A DNA stretch of 64,000 nucleotides from Candidatus Woesebacteria bacterium (lineage in GTDB: Bacteria > Patescibacteriota > Microgenomatia > UBA8517): positions 416,815 through 480,814 of the forward strand of contig CP066693.1 of the NCBI GenBank assembly GCA_016432525.1, written 5' to 3'. Within the stretch, counting starts at the first letter, position 1; every line of letters begins with the position of its first letter. The translations under genes and the position numbers were made by a program. Under the pieces are notes generated by a model. It saw only the letters and a program-made list of their open reading frames with translations. It made no database searches and was not told where the DNA came from. Below are positions 18,935 through 29,068 of this stretch, one piece after another.

Positions 18935-19396
18935 ATGCAAAATCCAGTTCCAGCATCAGTTCCACAATCAATTCAAAATTCCCCGATTGTTCAAAAATTC
19001 TCTGATTCAAATAAAAAAAACCTTTATATTACAGTTTTTGCAATTCTTATAATTTTGGCCGGCATAGCCTCAGGATTTTTCCTTTCAAATCTCAAAAAAA
19101 GGCCATCATCAAAGCTAGCCGCTCCATCAGCTATTCAAACCAAAAACGAGGTTGGTATAACTGATGAGAAAACTTTTAAAGATTCAGCAGAAGGTGTCTT
19201 AAAAGAAGGTGGAATAGAAGGTGAAGGGATGTTTCACTTAGAGCGTCCAGGAGGAGATTCCCAAAATGTATATCTAACTTCAACTGCCGTAGATTTGGGA
19301 AGTTTTATTGACAAAAAAGTCCAAGTCTGGGGTCAAACAATTGCCGCACGTAAGGCCGGGTGGTTAATGGACGTAGGCAAAATAAAAATGCTTTAA
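18935..19396 (+). CDS. Membrane-anchored hypothetical protein
   Basis: 153 aa with an N-terminal TM. Its stop overlaps the ftsE start. Confidence 0.4.
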   Translation: MQNPVPASVPQSIQNSPIVQKFSDSNKKNLYITVFAILIILAGIASGFFLSNLKKRPSSKLAAPSAIQTKNEVGITDEKTFKDSAEGVLKEGGIEGEGMFHLERPGGDSQNVYLTSTAVDLGSFIDKKVQVWGQTIAARKAGWLMDVGKIKML

Positions 19397-20061
19397 TGAT
19401 TGAGTTTAAGGGCTTAACCAAAACTTTTGGCAAGATAGTAGCTCTCCAAGATGTAACATTTAAAGTTGACGATGGAGAGTTTATTTTCATTGTCGGTCCC
19501 TCAGGAGCCGGGAAAACAACTCTTTTGAAACTTCTTACAAGAGAATATAAGCCAACCCGAGGCGAAATTCTTATGGATGATGTTGACATAGTTAAATTAA
19601 AAAAGAAAGATATCCCTCTTTTAAGACAAAAAATAGGTGTAGTCTTTCAGGATTTTAAACTTCTTCCCGAAAGAACTTTAAGAGAAAATATAGAGATTGC
19701 TCTAGCGATCAAGGGAGTGGACAAAGGGCAGTGGATAGCTCGTGTTGACCAGGTTTTAAAGCTTGTCGGACTTTCTGATAGATCAGATCTTTTTCCAGCT
19801 CAACTATCAGGCGGAGAAATTCAAAAAGCTTCAATTGCCAGAGCACTAGTTATTAATCCTGTCTGTATTTTTGCAGATGAACCAACAGGTAATCTTGATT
19901 GGGGAACGGCAGATTTGATCATGGATTTACTTACAAAAATCAATAAAGAAGGAAAAACTATAATTGTCACCTCACACAATAAAGAATTAGTTGAAAAATT
20001 TGGCAAAAGAGTAATAGAAATGAAAAATGGTAAAGTTATAAAGGACAGAAATACAAAATGA
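19396..20061 (+). CDS. ftsE: Cell division ATP-binding protein FtsE
   Basis: Walker A GPSGAGKTT, signature LSGGEIQKASIARAL, Walker B IFADEPTGNLD. Followed by ftsX. Start set at MIEFKGL (ATG overlapping the upstream stop). Confidence 0.9.
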   Translation: MIEFKGLTKTFGKIVALQDVTFKVDDGEFIFIVGPSGAGKTTLLKLLTREYKPTRGEILMDDVDIVKLKKKDIPLLRQKIGVVFQDFKLLPERTLRENIEIALAIKGVDKGQWIARVDQVLKLVGLSDRSDLFPAQLSGGEIQKASIARALVINPVCIFADEPTGNLDWGTADLIMDLLTKINKEGKTIIVTSHNKELVEKFGKRVIEMKNGKVIKDRNTK

Positions 20062-20975
20062 AAAGAGATCTAAAAACCAGTTTTTCATCAATTAGAAGAG
20101 CACCTTTCCAAGCTTTGGGTGCGATTTTATCTTTAGCTCTTACTTTTTTTGTTACAACCTTTGTCTGTATCCTGGTTTACAGTAGTTCCAAAGCTTTAGA
20201 ATTTTTTGAAACCCGCCCTCAAATAATTGTGTTTTTAAAGCCAGATGCCAAGTCGGACGCAATCGCCACTCTTCAACAAAAATTAAAACAAGATTCAAGA
20301 ATAAAAGATTTAAATTTTATCTCCAAAGAAAAAGCACTCGAAATCTATAAAGGCTCAACAAAGGACAATCCTCTTTTAGGTGAACTTGTTTCTCCTCAAA
20401 CTCTTCCTTCAAGTTTAGAATTTTCAGTCAAAAGTCTTGATGATGCAACAAATGTAATAGATTCAATTAAAAATGAAGATATTGTAGATAGTATTGGCTT
20501 CACAGGAAGCCTTGGTGGTCAGTCAACTCTTTCAGATGTTATAAATCGGCTAAGGAGAATAGGTTTTTATATAAGAGTAGGCGGAATCATCTTTGTCTCA
20601 GTTCTTTTAATGACATCTCTTATGGTTTTAATGGTTGTCATTGGAATGAGAATTACAACCAAAAGAAATGAAATCGAAACGCTTGCTCTTCTCGGCGCAA
20701 AACCAGGCTTTATCCGAAGCCCGCTAATGTTTGAAGCAATAAATTATGGAATTTTCGGAAGTATCTTAGGCTGGCTTTTATCAGTTCTTATTATTCTTTA
20801 TTTAACTCCTACTCTTATTAATTTTTTTGGAAATATCCCCATTCTTCCTCAAAAATCCATTGAATTTTTTGAACTTTTAGCTCTTATTCTTTTAGGTGAA
20901 ATTTCGGTAGGAGTAATTATTGCAATGTTTGCAAGTTCGATTGCAATCTCCCGTGCTCTCTCAGTTAAAAAATAA
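20058..20975 (+). CDS. ftsX: Cell division permease FtsX
   Basis: N-terminal TM, large periplasmic loop, three C-terminal TMs. ATGA overlap with ftsE. Confidence 0.85.
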   Translation: MKRDLKTSFSSIRRAPFQALGAILSLALTFFVTTFVCILVYSSSKALEFFETRPQIIVFLKPDAKSDAIATLQQKLKQDSRIKDLNFISKEKALEIYKGSTKDNPLLGELVSPQTLPSSLEFSVKSLDDATNVIDSIKNEDIVDSIGFTGSLGGQSTLSDVINRLRRIGFYIRVGGIIFVSVLLMTSLMVLMVVIGMRITTKRNEIETLALLGAKPGFIRSPLMFEAINYGIFGSILGWLLSVLIILYLTPTLINFFGNIPILPQKSIEFFELLALILLGEISVGVIIAMFASSIAISRALSVKK

Positions 20976-22141
20976 TGAAATCGGGAAAACCATTTATCTT
21001 AATTGTTGTCGCTTTTTTATGTTTCTTCTTAGTCACTTTTAAAATTAAAGCCCAAAATTGTGATGCAAATTGCCAACTTCAGCAAATTCAGTCACAAATA
21101 AGTGAATACCAAAATAAACTAAATTCATTAAAAGCTCAATCAAATACTCTCTCAAATCAAATTGCCCAATTCGATGCTCAAATAAAATTGGCTGAGCTAA
21201 AAATTCAGGAAACCGAAAACCAAATCACGCTTTTAGCAAGTAGGATAGATCAGCTTCAAGGCTCGCTTGATTCACTTTCCAAAGCGTATGATGCCAGAGT
21301 TGTTGAAAGCTACAAAATGGATAGAGTAGGTGAGCCCTTACTTATTTTAGTAACAGCAAATAATTTAAGAGAGGGAGTTTCTCGATTCTTCTATCTTCAA
21401 AAAATACAACAAGCTGACCATAATCTTTTAGTCAAACTTTCAAATGCCCAAAATAATTACAAAAAAGATAAGGTAGACATGGAAGATTTAAAGAAAAATT
21501 TACAAGATCAAGAAGATAAACTTTCTTCGCAAAAGTCAGCAAAATCAAATCTCTTAGCAGTCACAAAAAACGATGAAGTAAGATATCAGCAACTTCTTGC
21601 ATCAGCCCAGGCTGAACTTGAAGCAATCCAGGCAATTATTGCAGGAAAGGGAACTGAGCAGGATGTTGGTCATGTCGGTGAAGGATCAAAAATTGCATCA
21701 GTTATTGATGGCCCATCTTGTAATTCCGGAGGAACCCATACACATTTCATCGTAAGCCAAAATGGGTCAACTCAAAATCCCTTCAATTATTTAAGAGGAG
21801 GAGTTGATTATGAAAACTGCTCAGGATCATCTTGTGGTTCATCAGATGGTGACCCATTCAATCCTTCAGGTTCTTGGAATTGGCCAGTTGATTCCAAAAT
21901 CAAATTCGCTCAAGGTTATGGATCAACTTGGGCTGTAAAAAACACATGGGTAGGACAAATCTATAATTTCCATAATGGAATTGATATTCAATCTGAATCA
22001 AATTCAGAGGTTCACGCAGTTAAAAGTGGGGAGTTGTACAGAGGAAGTTATTCAGGTCAAAATGGCTGCGCGTTGCGTTATGTTCGTGTTCACCATGATG
22101 AAGCTGGCCTCGACACCTTCTATCTTCATGTAAATTATTAA
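20975..22141 (+). CDS. Coiled-coil M23 peptidase domain protein (EnvC/PcsB-like, FtsEX partner)
   Basis: Long coiled coil followed by M23 motifs HTHFIV and FHNGIDI. Immediately downstream of ftsEX. Confidence 0.8.
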   Translation: MKSGKPFILIVVAFLCFFLVTFKIKAQNCDANCQLQQIQSQISEYQNKLNSLKAQSNTLSNQIAQFDAQIKLAELKIQETENQITLLASRIDQLQGSLDSLSKAYDARVVESYKMDRVGEPLLILVTANNLREGVSRFFYLQKIQQADHNLLVKLSNAQNNYKKDKVDMEDLKKNLQDQEDKLSSQKSAKSNLLAVTKNDEVRYQQLLASAQAELEAIQAIIAGKGTEQDVGHVGEGSKIASVIDGPSCNSGGTHTHFIVSQNGSTQNPFNYLRGGVDYENCSGSSCGSSDGDPFNPSGSWNWPVDSKIKFAQGYGSTWAVKNTWVGQIYNFHNGIDIQSESNSEVHAVKSGELYRGSYSGQNGCALRYVRVHHDEAGLDTFYLHVNY

Positions 22142-22192
22142 AGCACCGAATTTCATTGAAGTATCAATGGTTGACCATTCGGTGCTTTATCT
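22142..22192. terminator. Hairpin terminator between convergent genes
   Basis: 10-bp stem AGCACCGAAT / ATTCGGTGCT followed by TTTATCTTTC. Confidence 0.45.
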
Positions 22193-22193
22193 T

Positions 22194-22436
22194 TCATGCA
22201 GCTTTTATTCCCGAGCATCTATCACGATAATCAGCAAATGCACACATTACCTGATCAGATGCATTCATCGATAGAACTAGGTAAACGTTGGCCTTTACCG
22301 TAAAAAGCTTCGCCATTTCTTTCAATCCAGCGTCCAAGGCCCCTTCATAGGTTCGGACTAGTTTGATAAAATTCTCCAAATCCTCAGAATCCATCTTGTG
22401 ATCAGATATCACTTCAAAAAAAATCTTATTAGGCAT
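22194..22436 (-). CDS. Small hypothetical protein
   Basis: 80 aa. Higher GC than its neighbours. No motif recognised. Confidence 0.3.
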   Translation of the reverse strand: MPNKIFFEVISDHKMDSEDLENFIKLVRTYEGALDAGLKEMAKLFTVKANVYLVLSMNASDQVMCAFADYRDRCSGIKAA

Positions 22437-22498
22437 TTTACCCTCCCAAAGAGCTCAGTCTTTCGATCCGCAATAATTATATACTGATATACTTATAG

Positions 22499-23251
22499 AT
22501 GAAACTATTTTTTATTCTTCTTGTATTTTCTTTAATTTTCCCGAAGAAAATTTTTGCTGTTACCCTTACAATTTCAGATGCACCTTCCCAAATTTCAAAC
22601 GACCCATTTGAATTTAATGTTTTGATTGAAGGCGCTAGACCTGCTACAAATTACCTTGAAATTGCAATTTTCAAAGAGGGAACAACAGACTATTTTGGAC
22701 AAACTTGGAATGGCTCAGGTTGGTATTCTGGATCTGATGCTAAAAGCTATTTTCCAATTACAATTGCCTCTTCAGCCTCAACCTCGGCACGCCTGAAGGG
22801 TAGAGTAGAGGACGCAATATCAGGTAATTACAGATTAAAAGTTAGGCGTTACACACAATCTGGGAATCTTGCGTCAAACGATAAAATAACCCTAGTTGAC
22901 TTGATAATAAATATTAAAACTCCACCTCCTTCAGAATCTCCCACTCCCCTTGCAACTTCATTTGAAACCCCTCCCCAATCTCCAATTATCGAAACAGATC
23001 GTCAGACACCGATCCCAGAAGTTTTGTCAGAATTAGAAACACCACCGGCGGAAAATATTTTGGCTGTATCGTCACGATCGCAAAAACCAGAAGAAATGCA
23101 AGTTCAAGAAGAAAATAAAAATAATCAAATTGGAATAATATCGCTTCTAGGAGGTATAATTTTGATTGTTTCAGGAGGCACTTATGCTTTATTCATCAAA
23201 AAACGAACAGGAAACTCAACAGATAGCCAAAAATCTGAGCTCGAATCTTAA
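22499..23251 (+). CDS. Secreted, C-terminally membrane-anchored hypothetical protein
   Basis: Signal peptide, Pro-rich linker, C-terminal TM (IGIISLLGGIILIVSGGTYALFI). Confidence 0.45.
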   Translation: MKLFFILLVFSLIFPKKIFAVTLTISDAPSQISNDPFEFNVLIEGARPATNYLEIAIFKEGTTDYFGQTWNGSGWYSGSDAKSYFPITIASSASTSARLKGRVEDAISGNYRLKVRRYTQSGNLASNDKITLVDLIINIKTPPPSESPTPLATSFETPPQSPIIETDRQTPIPEVLSELETPPAENILAVSSRSQKPEEMQVQEENKNNQIGIISLLGGIILIVSGGTYALFIKKRTGNSTDSQKSELES

Positions 23252-23600
23252 AGGTGGAGAAATTCTTGCACTTGTAGGCAATTTGGGTGCAGGTAAAACC
23301 ACTTTTATTCAAGGCTTGGGCTTATCTCTGGGGATTGATAGAGTGATCTCCCCAACCTTTATATTAATGAGGAAATACAAAACTAAAAGATTTTCCTTCT
23401 ATCATATAGATTTGTATAGACTTGAGGTTAATTTAAAAGAAGAAATCAAAAATCTCGGAATTACCGATATCTGGGGAAAAAAAGAAAATGTCGTCGCAAT
23501 TGAGTGGGCAGATAAAATAAAAGATCTTTTGCCCAAAAATACAATTTGGATAAATTTCAAAAACATCAAAAACCAGGAAAGGCAAATTGAAATAATATGA
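23184..23600 (+). CDS. tsaE: tRNA t6A37 biosynthesis ATPase TsaE
   Basis: LVGNLGAGKTTFIQGL P-loop and ISPTF motif. The start is uncertain (23166 or 23184) and overlaps the upstream gene. Confidence 0.7.
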   Translation: MLYSSKNEQETQQIAKNLSSNLKGGEILALVGNLGAGKTTFIQGLGLSLGIDRVISPTFILMRKYKTKRFSFYHIDLYRLEVNLKEEIKNLGITDIWGKKENVVAIEWADKIKDLLPKNTIWINFKNIKNQERQIEII

Positions 23601-23902
23601 AATTATATATAGATACTTCTAATTCACAGAATATAAAAATAATACTTGACGAAGAAGTTTTTGAAACCCAATCCCACAAAAATTCATCCCAGTTTCTCCT
23701 TTCCTTTATCGATGAAAGTCTCAAAAAAAAGAAAAAGAAAATTCGAGACATAAAAAGCATAGAAGTCAATGTCGGCCCAGGATCATTTACCGGTCTAAGA
23801 GTTGGAGTATCAGTTGCCAATATCTTAGGTTACGAGTTAAATATCCCAGTCAATGGAGTTGACATAAAGACAAAAAAGTATCTTAATATAAAATACGAAT
23901 GA
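23597..23902 (+). CDS. tsaB: Short TsaB-like protein (N-terminal domain only)
   Basis: GPGSFTGLRVGVSVANILG matches the TsaB/YeaZ motif. Only 101 aa. Confidence 0.55.
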   Translation: MKLYIDTSNSQNIKIILDEEVFETQSHKNSSQFLLSFIDESLKKKKKKIRDIKSIEVNVGPGSFTGLRVGVSVANILGYELNIPVNGVDIKTKKYLNIKYE

Positions 23903-24396
23903 ATATAGTTTTGATTATAGCAACAATTATAATAATTGCGCTTGGTGTAATTCATAATCCAAGAACTTCTAAAGTCCTTTCAGAACAAACAAAACAGCCA
24001 GAGATAACAAAGACCCCAGCTCCAACAGCCAGCACAACACCAACTCCGTCGCCTATTTCGACTCTAGAGCCACAATCTCCTACTTTATCTCCCCAACCAA
24101 CCATTTATCTCGAATCAAATGATTTTCTAAAATCATTTATTTACCCGAATGGTCAAATTAACTCACAATCACAAAATTCCATATCCCAAGAAACAGATGA
24201 CCAACCAGGTACAGTTCAAAAATGGTACGAAGATAGAGTTAACGGAAAAGGATTTAGCAAAGTTTCATGGAACATCAAAAATCACAACTCCGATAGTGAT
24301 TACACTCTTGAATGTGTTCAAAATGGAAAATCAGCACATGTAAATATTAAAAGAAGTTCATCCAACTCCAAAACTTCTATATCTATAGGTTATTGA
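23899..24396 (+). CDS. Membrane-anchored hypothetical protein
   Basis: 165 aa with an N-terminal TM and a Thr/Pro-rich linker. Confidence 0.4.
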   Translation: MNIVLIIATIIIIALGVIHNPRTSKVLSEQTKQPEITKTPAPTASTTPTPSPISTLEPQSPTLSPQPTIYLESNDFLKSFIYPNGQINSQSQNSISQETDDQPGTVQKWYEDRVNGKGFSKVSWNIKNHNSDSDYTLECVQNGKSAHVNIKRSSSNSKTSISIGY

Positions 24397-24451
24397 CAAT
24401 ACTTGCTTGCTTTTGTAACATGCAAGGAATCTTAAGCCTAGCCCTTTTTAA

Positions 24452-24988
24452 ATGCCTAAAAAACTAATATTAATAATAATCATAATAGTAATAATTATCG
24501 GAGGTGTTTTTTTGGGATTAAAAGCTCTCAAAGCGAAACTTATTAAAACCTCTACTCAAACATTAGGGGTTAGTGTAAAGTCAACAGATGTCAACAAAGA
24601 GTTTGAATTTCCTGTAAAAGACTCAGAAAGCGACACCATAAAAATAAAATATATTATAGAAAAAGCAGAAATATCGCCCGAAATTGTAGTAAAAGGCCAA
24701 AAAGCAACAGCAGTTAATGGTAGAACATTCTTGATAGTAGATTTAAAAATTACAAACAACTTCGATAAGGCAATATCAATAAACACAAAAGATTATATAC
24801 GTCTTCAAGTTGACGGTAACGATAAAGAACTTTTAGCTCCTGATATTCACAACGACCCAGTTGAAGTTCAAGCAATCTCAACAAAATATACAAGAGTAGG
24901 TTTTCCTATAAATACTTCAGATCATGACTTTATTCTTCACATAGGAGAAATTCAAGGCGATAAAAAAAAGATCAATCTAAATCTTTGA
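24452..24988 (+). CDS. Membrane-anchored hypothetical protein
   Basis: 178 aa with an N-terminal TM. Confidence 0.4.
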   Translation: MPKKLILIIIIIVIIIGGVFLGLKALKAKLIKTSTQTLGVSVKSTDVNKEFEFPVKDSESDTIKIKYIIEKAEISPEIVVKGQKATAVNGRTFLIVDLKITNNFDKAISINTKDYIRLQVDGNDKELLAPDIHNDPVEVQAISTKYTRVGFPINTSDHDFILHIGEIQGDKKKINLNL

Positions 24989-24989
24989 T

Positions 24990-25181
24990 ATGCCTAATTT
25001 ATTAACAGAATATTCAACCAAGAAAATCTCAGAAACATTAGTTTTCGAAATCAAAAAAGCCCTTAAATCCGTCAAAAACTATGGTAGTGTAGAAATATAT
25101 ATCCAAGACGGTAACGTTACTCAAATTACAGTCAGAAATATCAAAAAAACCGGTAAAAAAAACAACTCTATTAAAAATTAA
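24990..25181 (+). CDS. YezD-like small protein (DUF2292-like)
   Basis: 63 aa. GSVEIYIQDGNVTQITVRNIKKTG resembles the YezD family core. Confidence 0.45.
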   Translation: MPNLLTEYSTKKISETLVFEIKKALKSVKNYGSVEIYIQDGNVTQITVRNIKKTGKKNNSIKN

Positions 25182-25226
25182 AAAAAGGATATTCTTCTTT
25201 TGCATGAAAACACTTATTTATGGGTA

Positions 25227-25257
25227 TTGACAACCATAAAATAAGTTGTGTATAAAT
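25227..25257 (+). promoter_or_regulatory. Sigma70-like promoter (TTGACA-18-TATAAAT)
   Basis: Consensus -35 and -10 hexamers with 18-nt spacing. Confidence 0.4.
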
Positions 25258-25269
25258 ATTTTGTAATTA

Positions 25270-25381
25270 ACCTATAAGCAAAGCATAGGGGCTAACCGCC
25301 AACGGAGGCTCTTCAATTTGACCAAAGCTTAGTTTTTAAACTAAGCCTGGGATATCGAATTGAAGCGCCTCCGTTTTTTTT
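25270..25381 (+). ncRNA. Candidate small RNA or leader/attenuator ending in an intrinsic terminator
   Basis: Hairpin CCTAT/ATAGG at 25271-25289. A 16-bp outer stem CGGAGGCTCTTCAATT / AATTGAAGCGCCTCCG (25303-25373) encloses hairpin GCTTAGTT/AACTAAGC, followed by T8. Confidence 0.35.
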
Positions 25382-25461
25382 ATTTTGCCTTAAGGCTAAA
25401 AAAAACGGAAAATCGAGAATGAAGTGTTCCGATTTAATCGGAATTCTCAATTAGAAAGGGG

Positions 25462-26763
25462 GTGAAAAGAACTAAAAAATATATGAACAAAAAATTGTTA
25501 AGTATAATGTCAGCATTTGTTCTTTTAGGTTCATCACTCACTCCAGCTTTTGCAGGAACTACAACTCTTGAAATAACAGGAAATGGTGCTGATACCCAAA
25601 ATAATACAAATGTAACTTCAACTTCTAATACAGTTGTCTCCCAGACCAATGATGCGAATATAAACAATAGTGTTGTATCCAATTCAAGTTCAGGTGGAAA
25701 TACTGCAGATAAAAACACAGGAGGATCAGTCTCTGTTGATACTGGTGATTCCAAAACTGTAGTAAACGTTCAAAACACAGCCAACAGCAATGTTGCTGAT
25801 GTTAAAAACTGCAACTGTAATTCAGATGTTAAAGTCTTAGAAAGCGGCAATGGAGCTGATTCAAAGAACAATGCAAAACTTAATTTGACCGACTCAACAG
25901 TTGTTGCTCAAACCAACAGCTCTGACGTCACAAATAAAGTTAATGCAAGTTCTGATACTGGCTCAAATCAGGCTAGCAAAAATACTGGTGGAGATGTAAA
26001 AGTCCAAACTGGTAGTGCAGTTACAGCCGTTGATCTTAAAACCGATGCTAACTCTAATTGGGCAAAAGTAGGAGGCTCTGATCCATTCGCAACCTCAGGT
26101 AGTGTTGACTTGAGAATTGTTGGAAATGGTGCAGATACCCACAACAAGATTGATCTTGCGCTCGATAGAGATATTCTTTTACAACAGCACAACAACGCAG
26201 ATGTTAATAACTGGGTAGATGCTAAAGCAAATACTGGTTATAACAAGGCCGATAAAAACACTGGTGGATCAGTTTCTGTAGACACTGGTAATGCTACATC
26301 TTTAGTTGCAGCAGATAATGCTGTTAACTTCAATTGGGCAAATATCGACTGTGATTGTTTAACTGATGTATTAGCTAAAGTAGCAGGAAATGGAGATCAA
26401 GCAAAAAGCGACATCAAGGCTAAATTGGTAGATGATAAAAACGTCTTCCAAAATAACTCTTGTGACTCGTTTGGTTATGGCTTCTTCTGGGATTGGAATA
26501 AAGGTGGTTGTGTAAACAACAATCTCAAATCCGATGCCGATACAGGCAATAACAAGGATAAATCAAACACAGGAAATCCTGGTGTTGATCCATCCATTTC
26601 AACCGGAGATGCATGGAGCCAAACCGATATTAAAAATAGCGGAAACTCCAATATCTTTGGTAAATCTGACACAACCGATTCAAATCCTTTTGAAGTAGGT
26701 GGCGTCAATATTAACATTTCCTTTAGTTTGCAGGATTTGTTAAACGCATTACACATAAGTTAA
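25462..26763 (+). CDS. Repetitive Asn/Thr/Gly-rich secreted surface protein
   Basis: Signal peptide. Tandem modules of the type ITGNGADTQNN...NTGGSVSVDTGD.... Confidence 0.6.
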   Translation: MKRTKKYMNKKLLSIMSAFVLLGSSLTPAFAGTTTLEITGNGADTQNNTNVTSTSNTVVSQTNDANINNSVVSNSSSGGNTADKNTGGSVSVDTGDSKTVVNVQNTANSNVADVKNCNCNSDVKVLESGNGADSKNNAKLNLTDSTVVAQTNSSDVTNKVNASSDTGSNQASKNTGGDVKVQTGSAVTAVDLKTDANSNWAKVGGSDPFATSGSVDLRIVGNGADTHNKIDLALDRDILLQQHNNADVNNWVDAKANTGYNKADKNTGGSVSVDTGNATSLVAADNAVNFNWANIDCDCLTDVLAKVAGNGDQAKSDIKAKLVDDKNVFQNNSCDSFGYGFFWDWNKGGCVNNNLKSDADTGNNKDKSNTGNPGVDPSISTGDAWSQTDIKNSGNSNIFGKSDTTDSNPFEVGGVNINISFSLQDLLNALHIS

Positions 26764-26851
26764 TGCGTAAGGGTTAAAAGTTGGTGAGATTCACTTTACA
26801 CTTCGGTGAATCCCCAACAAAAAGCCCGAATTATTTAGAAAGAATTAAAAA

Positions 26852-29068
26852 ATGAATAAAATAAGAAAATTTATAACAGCGTTATCTATAGTTTTAGTTC
26901 TATTTTTCCAAAGTTCAAATATTCTATTTGCTGAAGATTTAAATATTCCAACCCCCCCTCCTGTTCCAACAGCTCCACCAGCTCCTGTTAATAATACAGT
27001 AGTTCCAACTCCTCCCCCAACACCTACTACGCCACCGTTACCTTCATCTCCTACACCCATTCCAACGCCATCTCCTACTCCTTCTGCATCGCCAAATGCA
27101 TCTCCAGTTCCCTCCCAGTCTCCTTTAAATAGCCCAGATCCTACTGCTTCCCCTGTGCCTCTGGTAATCGGAAATACAGGCAATCAAACAGGTAACCAAA
27201 GCTCAAATGGAGAATCAGGCGCAATCATAAAAACAGGCGATGCAACAAACTCAGTAGGAATTGTCTCGAATGCTAATAGTAATTTAGCAAGTTCTCCAAG
27301 TGGGTCAGCAAGTGTAATCGATCCAATAAACACTGGCAATGGAGCATCCACTCAAAATAACAGTTCCGCCTCGATAGTTGATACTAACAACACAAACCAA
27401 CAAAACTCAGCAACAGTCGTTAATAATCTAACTCAAGGTACAGTTACAGGCATTAACACTGCCTCAAAAAATACAGGTGGGGACTCAACCATAAAAACAG
27501 GCGATGCCAACACATCGGGAAGTGTAATTACAGCAGTTAATACCAATGTCGATGGAGTTGCAGTTCACGAGTTTAATATAGCAGATGACCATATAGGCAA
27601 TATTGTAATAAATCCTACTAACGCGAATTGCACAGCAGGCTGCACTGGCAACCCGGGTACTGTTGCAAATACAGGCAACGGAGCAAATTCTCAAAACACA
27701 GCAAATCAAACAAACATAACTAATAACAATACTTTCCAAAAGAATGATGCAACCGTTGAAAATAACTTAACTCTTGCATCTGATTCAGGCCACAATCAAG
27801 CTAACAAAAACACAGACGGTAACTCAAGTATTACAACTGGAAATGCAAATACTGATGCCAATGTTTTAACTTTCGCAAACAATAATATAAGCGGCAACGT
27901 TGTCTACAATGTCGTAAATATCTTCGGAAAATTAACAGGTGATATTGTTCTTCCATCAGAAGCTTTTACTCAGGTGGCGTCAAATTCTTCAACTCCCTCC
28001 AATTCAGGTAATGGTGCAGGTTCACAAAATACAGTCAATCAAACAAACACTAATAACAATAATATTGCTCAAGTCAACAATGCAAATATAGATAACAATT
28101 TAATTTTTGATGCAACAACAGGCAGTAACGAATCAAGCAAAAACACTAATGGGGATTCCAATATTCAAACTGGAAATTCCTCAGTGACAGCTCAAGTGTT
28201 GAATGTTGCAAATTCAAATCTTTCAGGTGGTAATTGGTGGCTCGTAATAGTCAATGAAGCTGGTCATTGGGTTGGAAAAATTCTAGGCTCGCCTGACGGG
28301 GCAACATTTGCAGGATCTCAGGGAACGGAATTCACAGTTGGACCAAATGGAGAAGTAACCGCCACAAATTCAGGCAATGGTGCAGGTTCACAAAATACAG
28401 CTAATGTAACCAATACAACAAACAATAATACAACTCAAACAAATACAGCAAATGTTGTTAATAATATAAACTTGTCTGCTAATACAGGTAAAAATGAAGC
28501 AATCAAAAATACAGGTGGGGACTCAACCATAAAAACAGGCGATGCCAATATAATTGCCAACTTAGTTAATTTTGTAAATAATAATATTGTAGGCACTGGC
28601 AAACTTTTTGTAACAGTCGTAAATGTTTTTGGCTCCTGGATTGGAAACTTTGTAAGTCCAGATGCAGTTGCCAACGCAAACTCAACAAGCACTCAAACAA
28701 CAAATTCCACCAATACGAATAATGATTCTCGTCCAATCGGTGGTGCATCTAGTCAGTCTTCAAATTCAGATCCAAGTTCTTCAAATCCCATAAACAATAC
28801 GAACACGACAACACCAACAACAGCTTCAAATCCTCGAAACATTCAAAACTATATAGCCAGTATTAAAAACGATGCATCAAAAGTTAAACCAGAAGTTCCC
28901 CAGACGCCAACACAAGTTCTTGCCATGACCACAGAAAATCTAAATAATACTTTAATAAACGGTAAAAAATCCTTAAAAATTAATCTTGCCTGGCTCCTAT
29001 TACTAGCCCCAATTTTGTCATTAATTTTTATAGTCCTGCCAAAAATTAGAGGCAGATATGAGAAATAA
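26852..29068 (+). CDS. Large repetitive surface protein with Pro-rich N-terminal region and C-terminal TM anchor
   Basis: Signal peptide, PT-rich segment, many NTGNGA.../NTGGDSTIKTGDAN modules. Exact 42-bp DNA repeats at about 27470 and 28510. C-terminal hydrophobic helix plus KIRGRYEK. Confidence 0.6.
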   Translation: MNKIRKFITALSIVLVLFFQSSNILFAEDLNIPTPPPVPTAPPAPVNNTVVPTPPPTPTTPPLPSSPTPIPTPSPTPSASPNASPVPSQSPLNSPDPTASPVPLVIGNTGNQTGNQSSNGESGAIIKTGDATNSVGIVSNANSNLASSPSGSASVIDPINTGNGASTQNNSSASIVDTNNTNQQNSATVVNNLTQGTVTGINTASKNTGGDSTIKTGDANTSGSVITAVNTNVDGVAVHEFNIADDHIGNIVINPTNANCTAGCTGNPGTVANTGNGANSQNTANQTNITNNNTFQKNDATVENNLTLASDSGHNQANKNTDGNSSITTGNANTDANVLTFANNNISGNVVYNVVNIFGKLTGDIVLPSEAFTQVASNSSTPSNSGNGAGSQNTVNQTNTNNNNIAQVNNANIDNNLIFDATTGSNESSKNTNGDSNIQTGNSSVTAQVLNVANSNLSGGNWWLVIVNEAGHWVGKILGSPDGATFAGSQGTEFTVGPNGEVTATNSGNGAGSQNTANVTNTTNNNTTQTNTANVVNNINLSANTGKNEAIKNTGGDSTIKTGDANIIANLVNFVNNNIVGTGKLFVTVVNVFGSWIGNFVSPDAVANANSTSTQTTNSTNTNNDSRPIGGASSQSSNSDPSSSNPINNTNTTTPTTASNPRNIQNYIASIKNDASKVKPEVPQTPTQVLAMTTENLNNTLINGKKSLKINLAWLLLLAPILSLIFIVLPKIRGRYEK

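Noticed and set aside
27485-28748. Minus-strand ORFs (27485..27739, 28435..28692, 28566..28748) inside the large repetitive protein gene
   Set aside because: They are antisense to a long gene supported by a signal peptide and repeats. They are compositional artefacts of the Asn/Thr codon-rich repeats.
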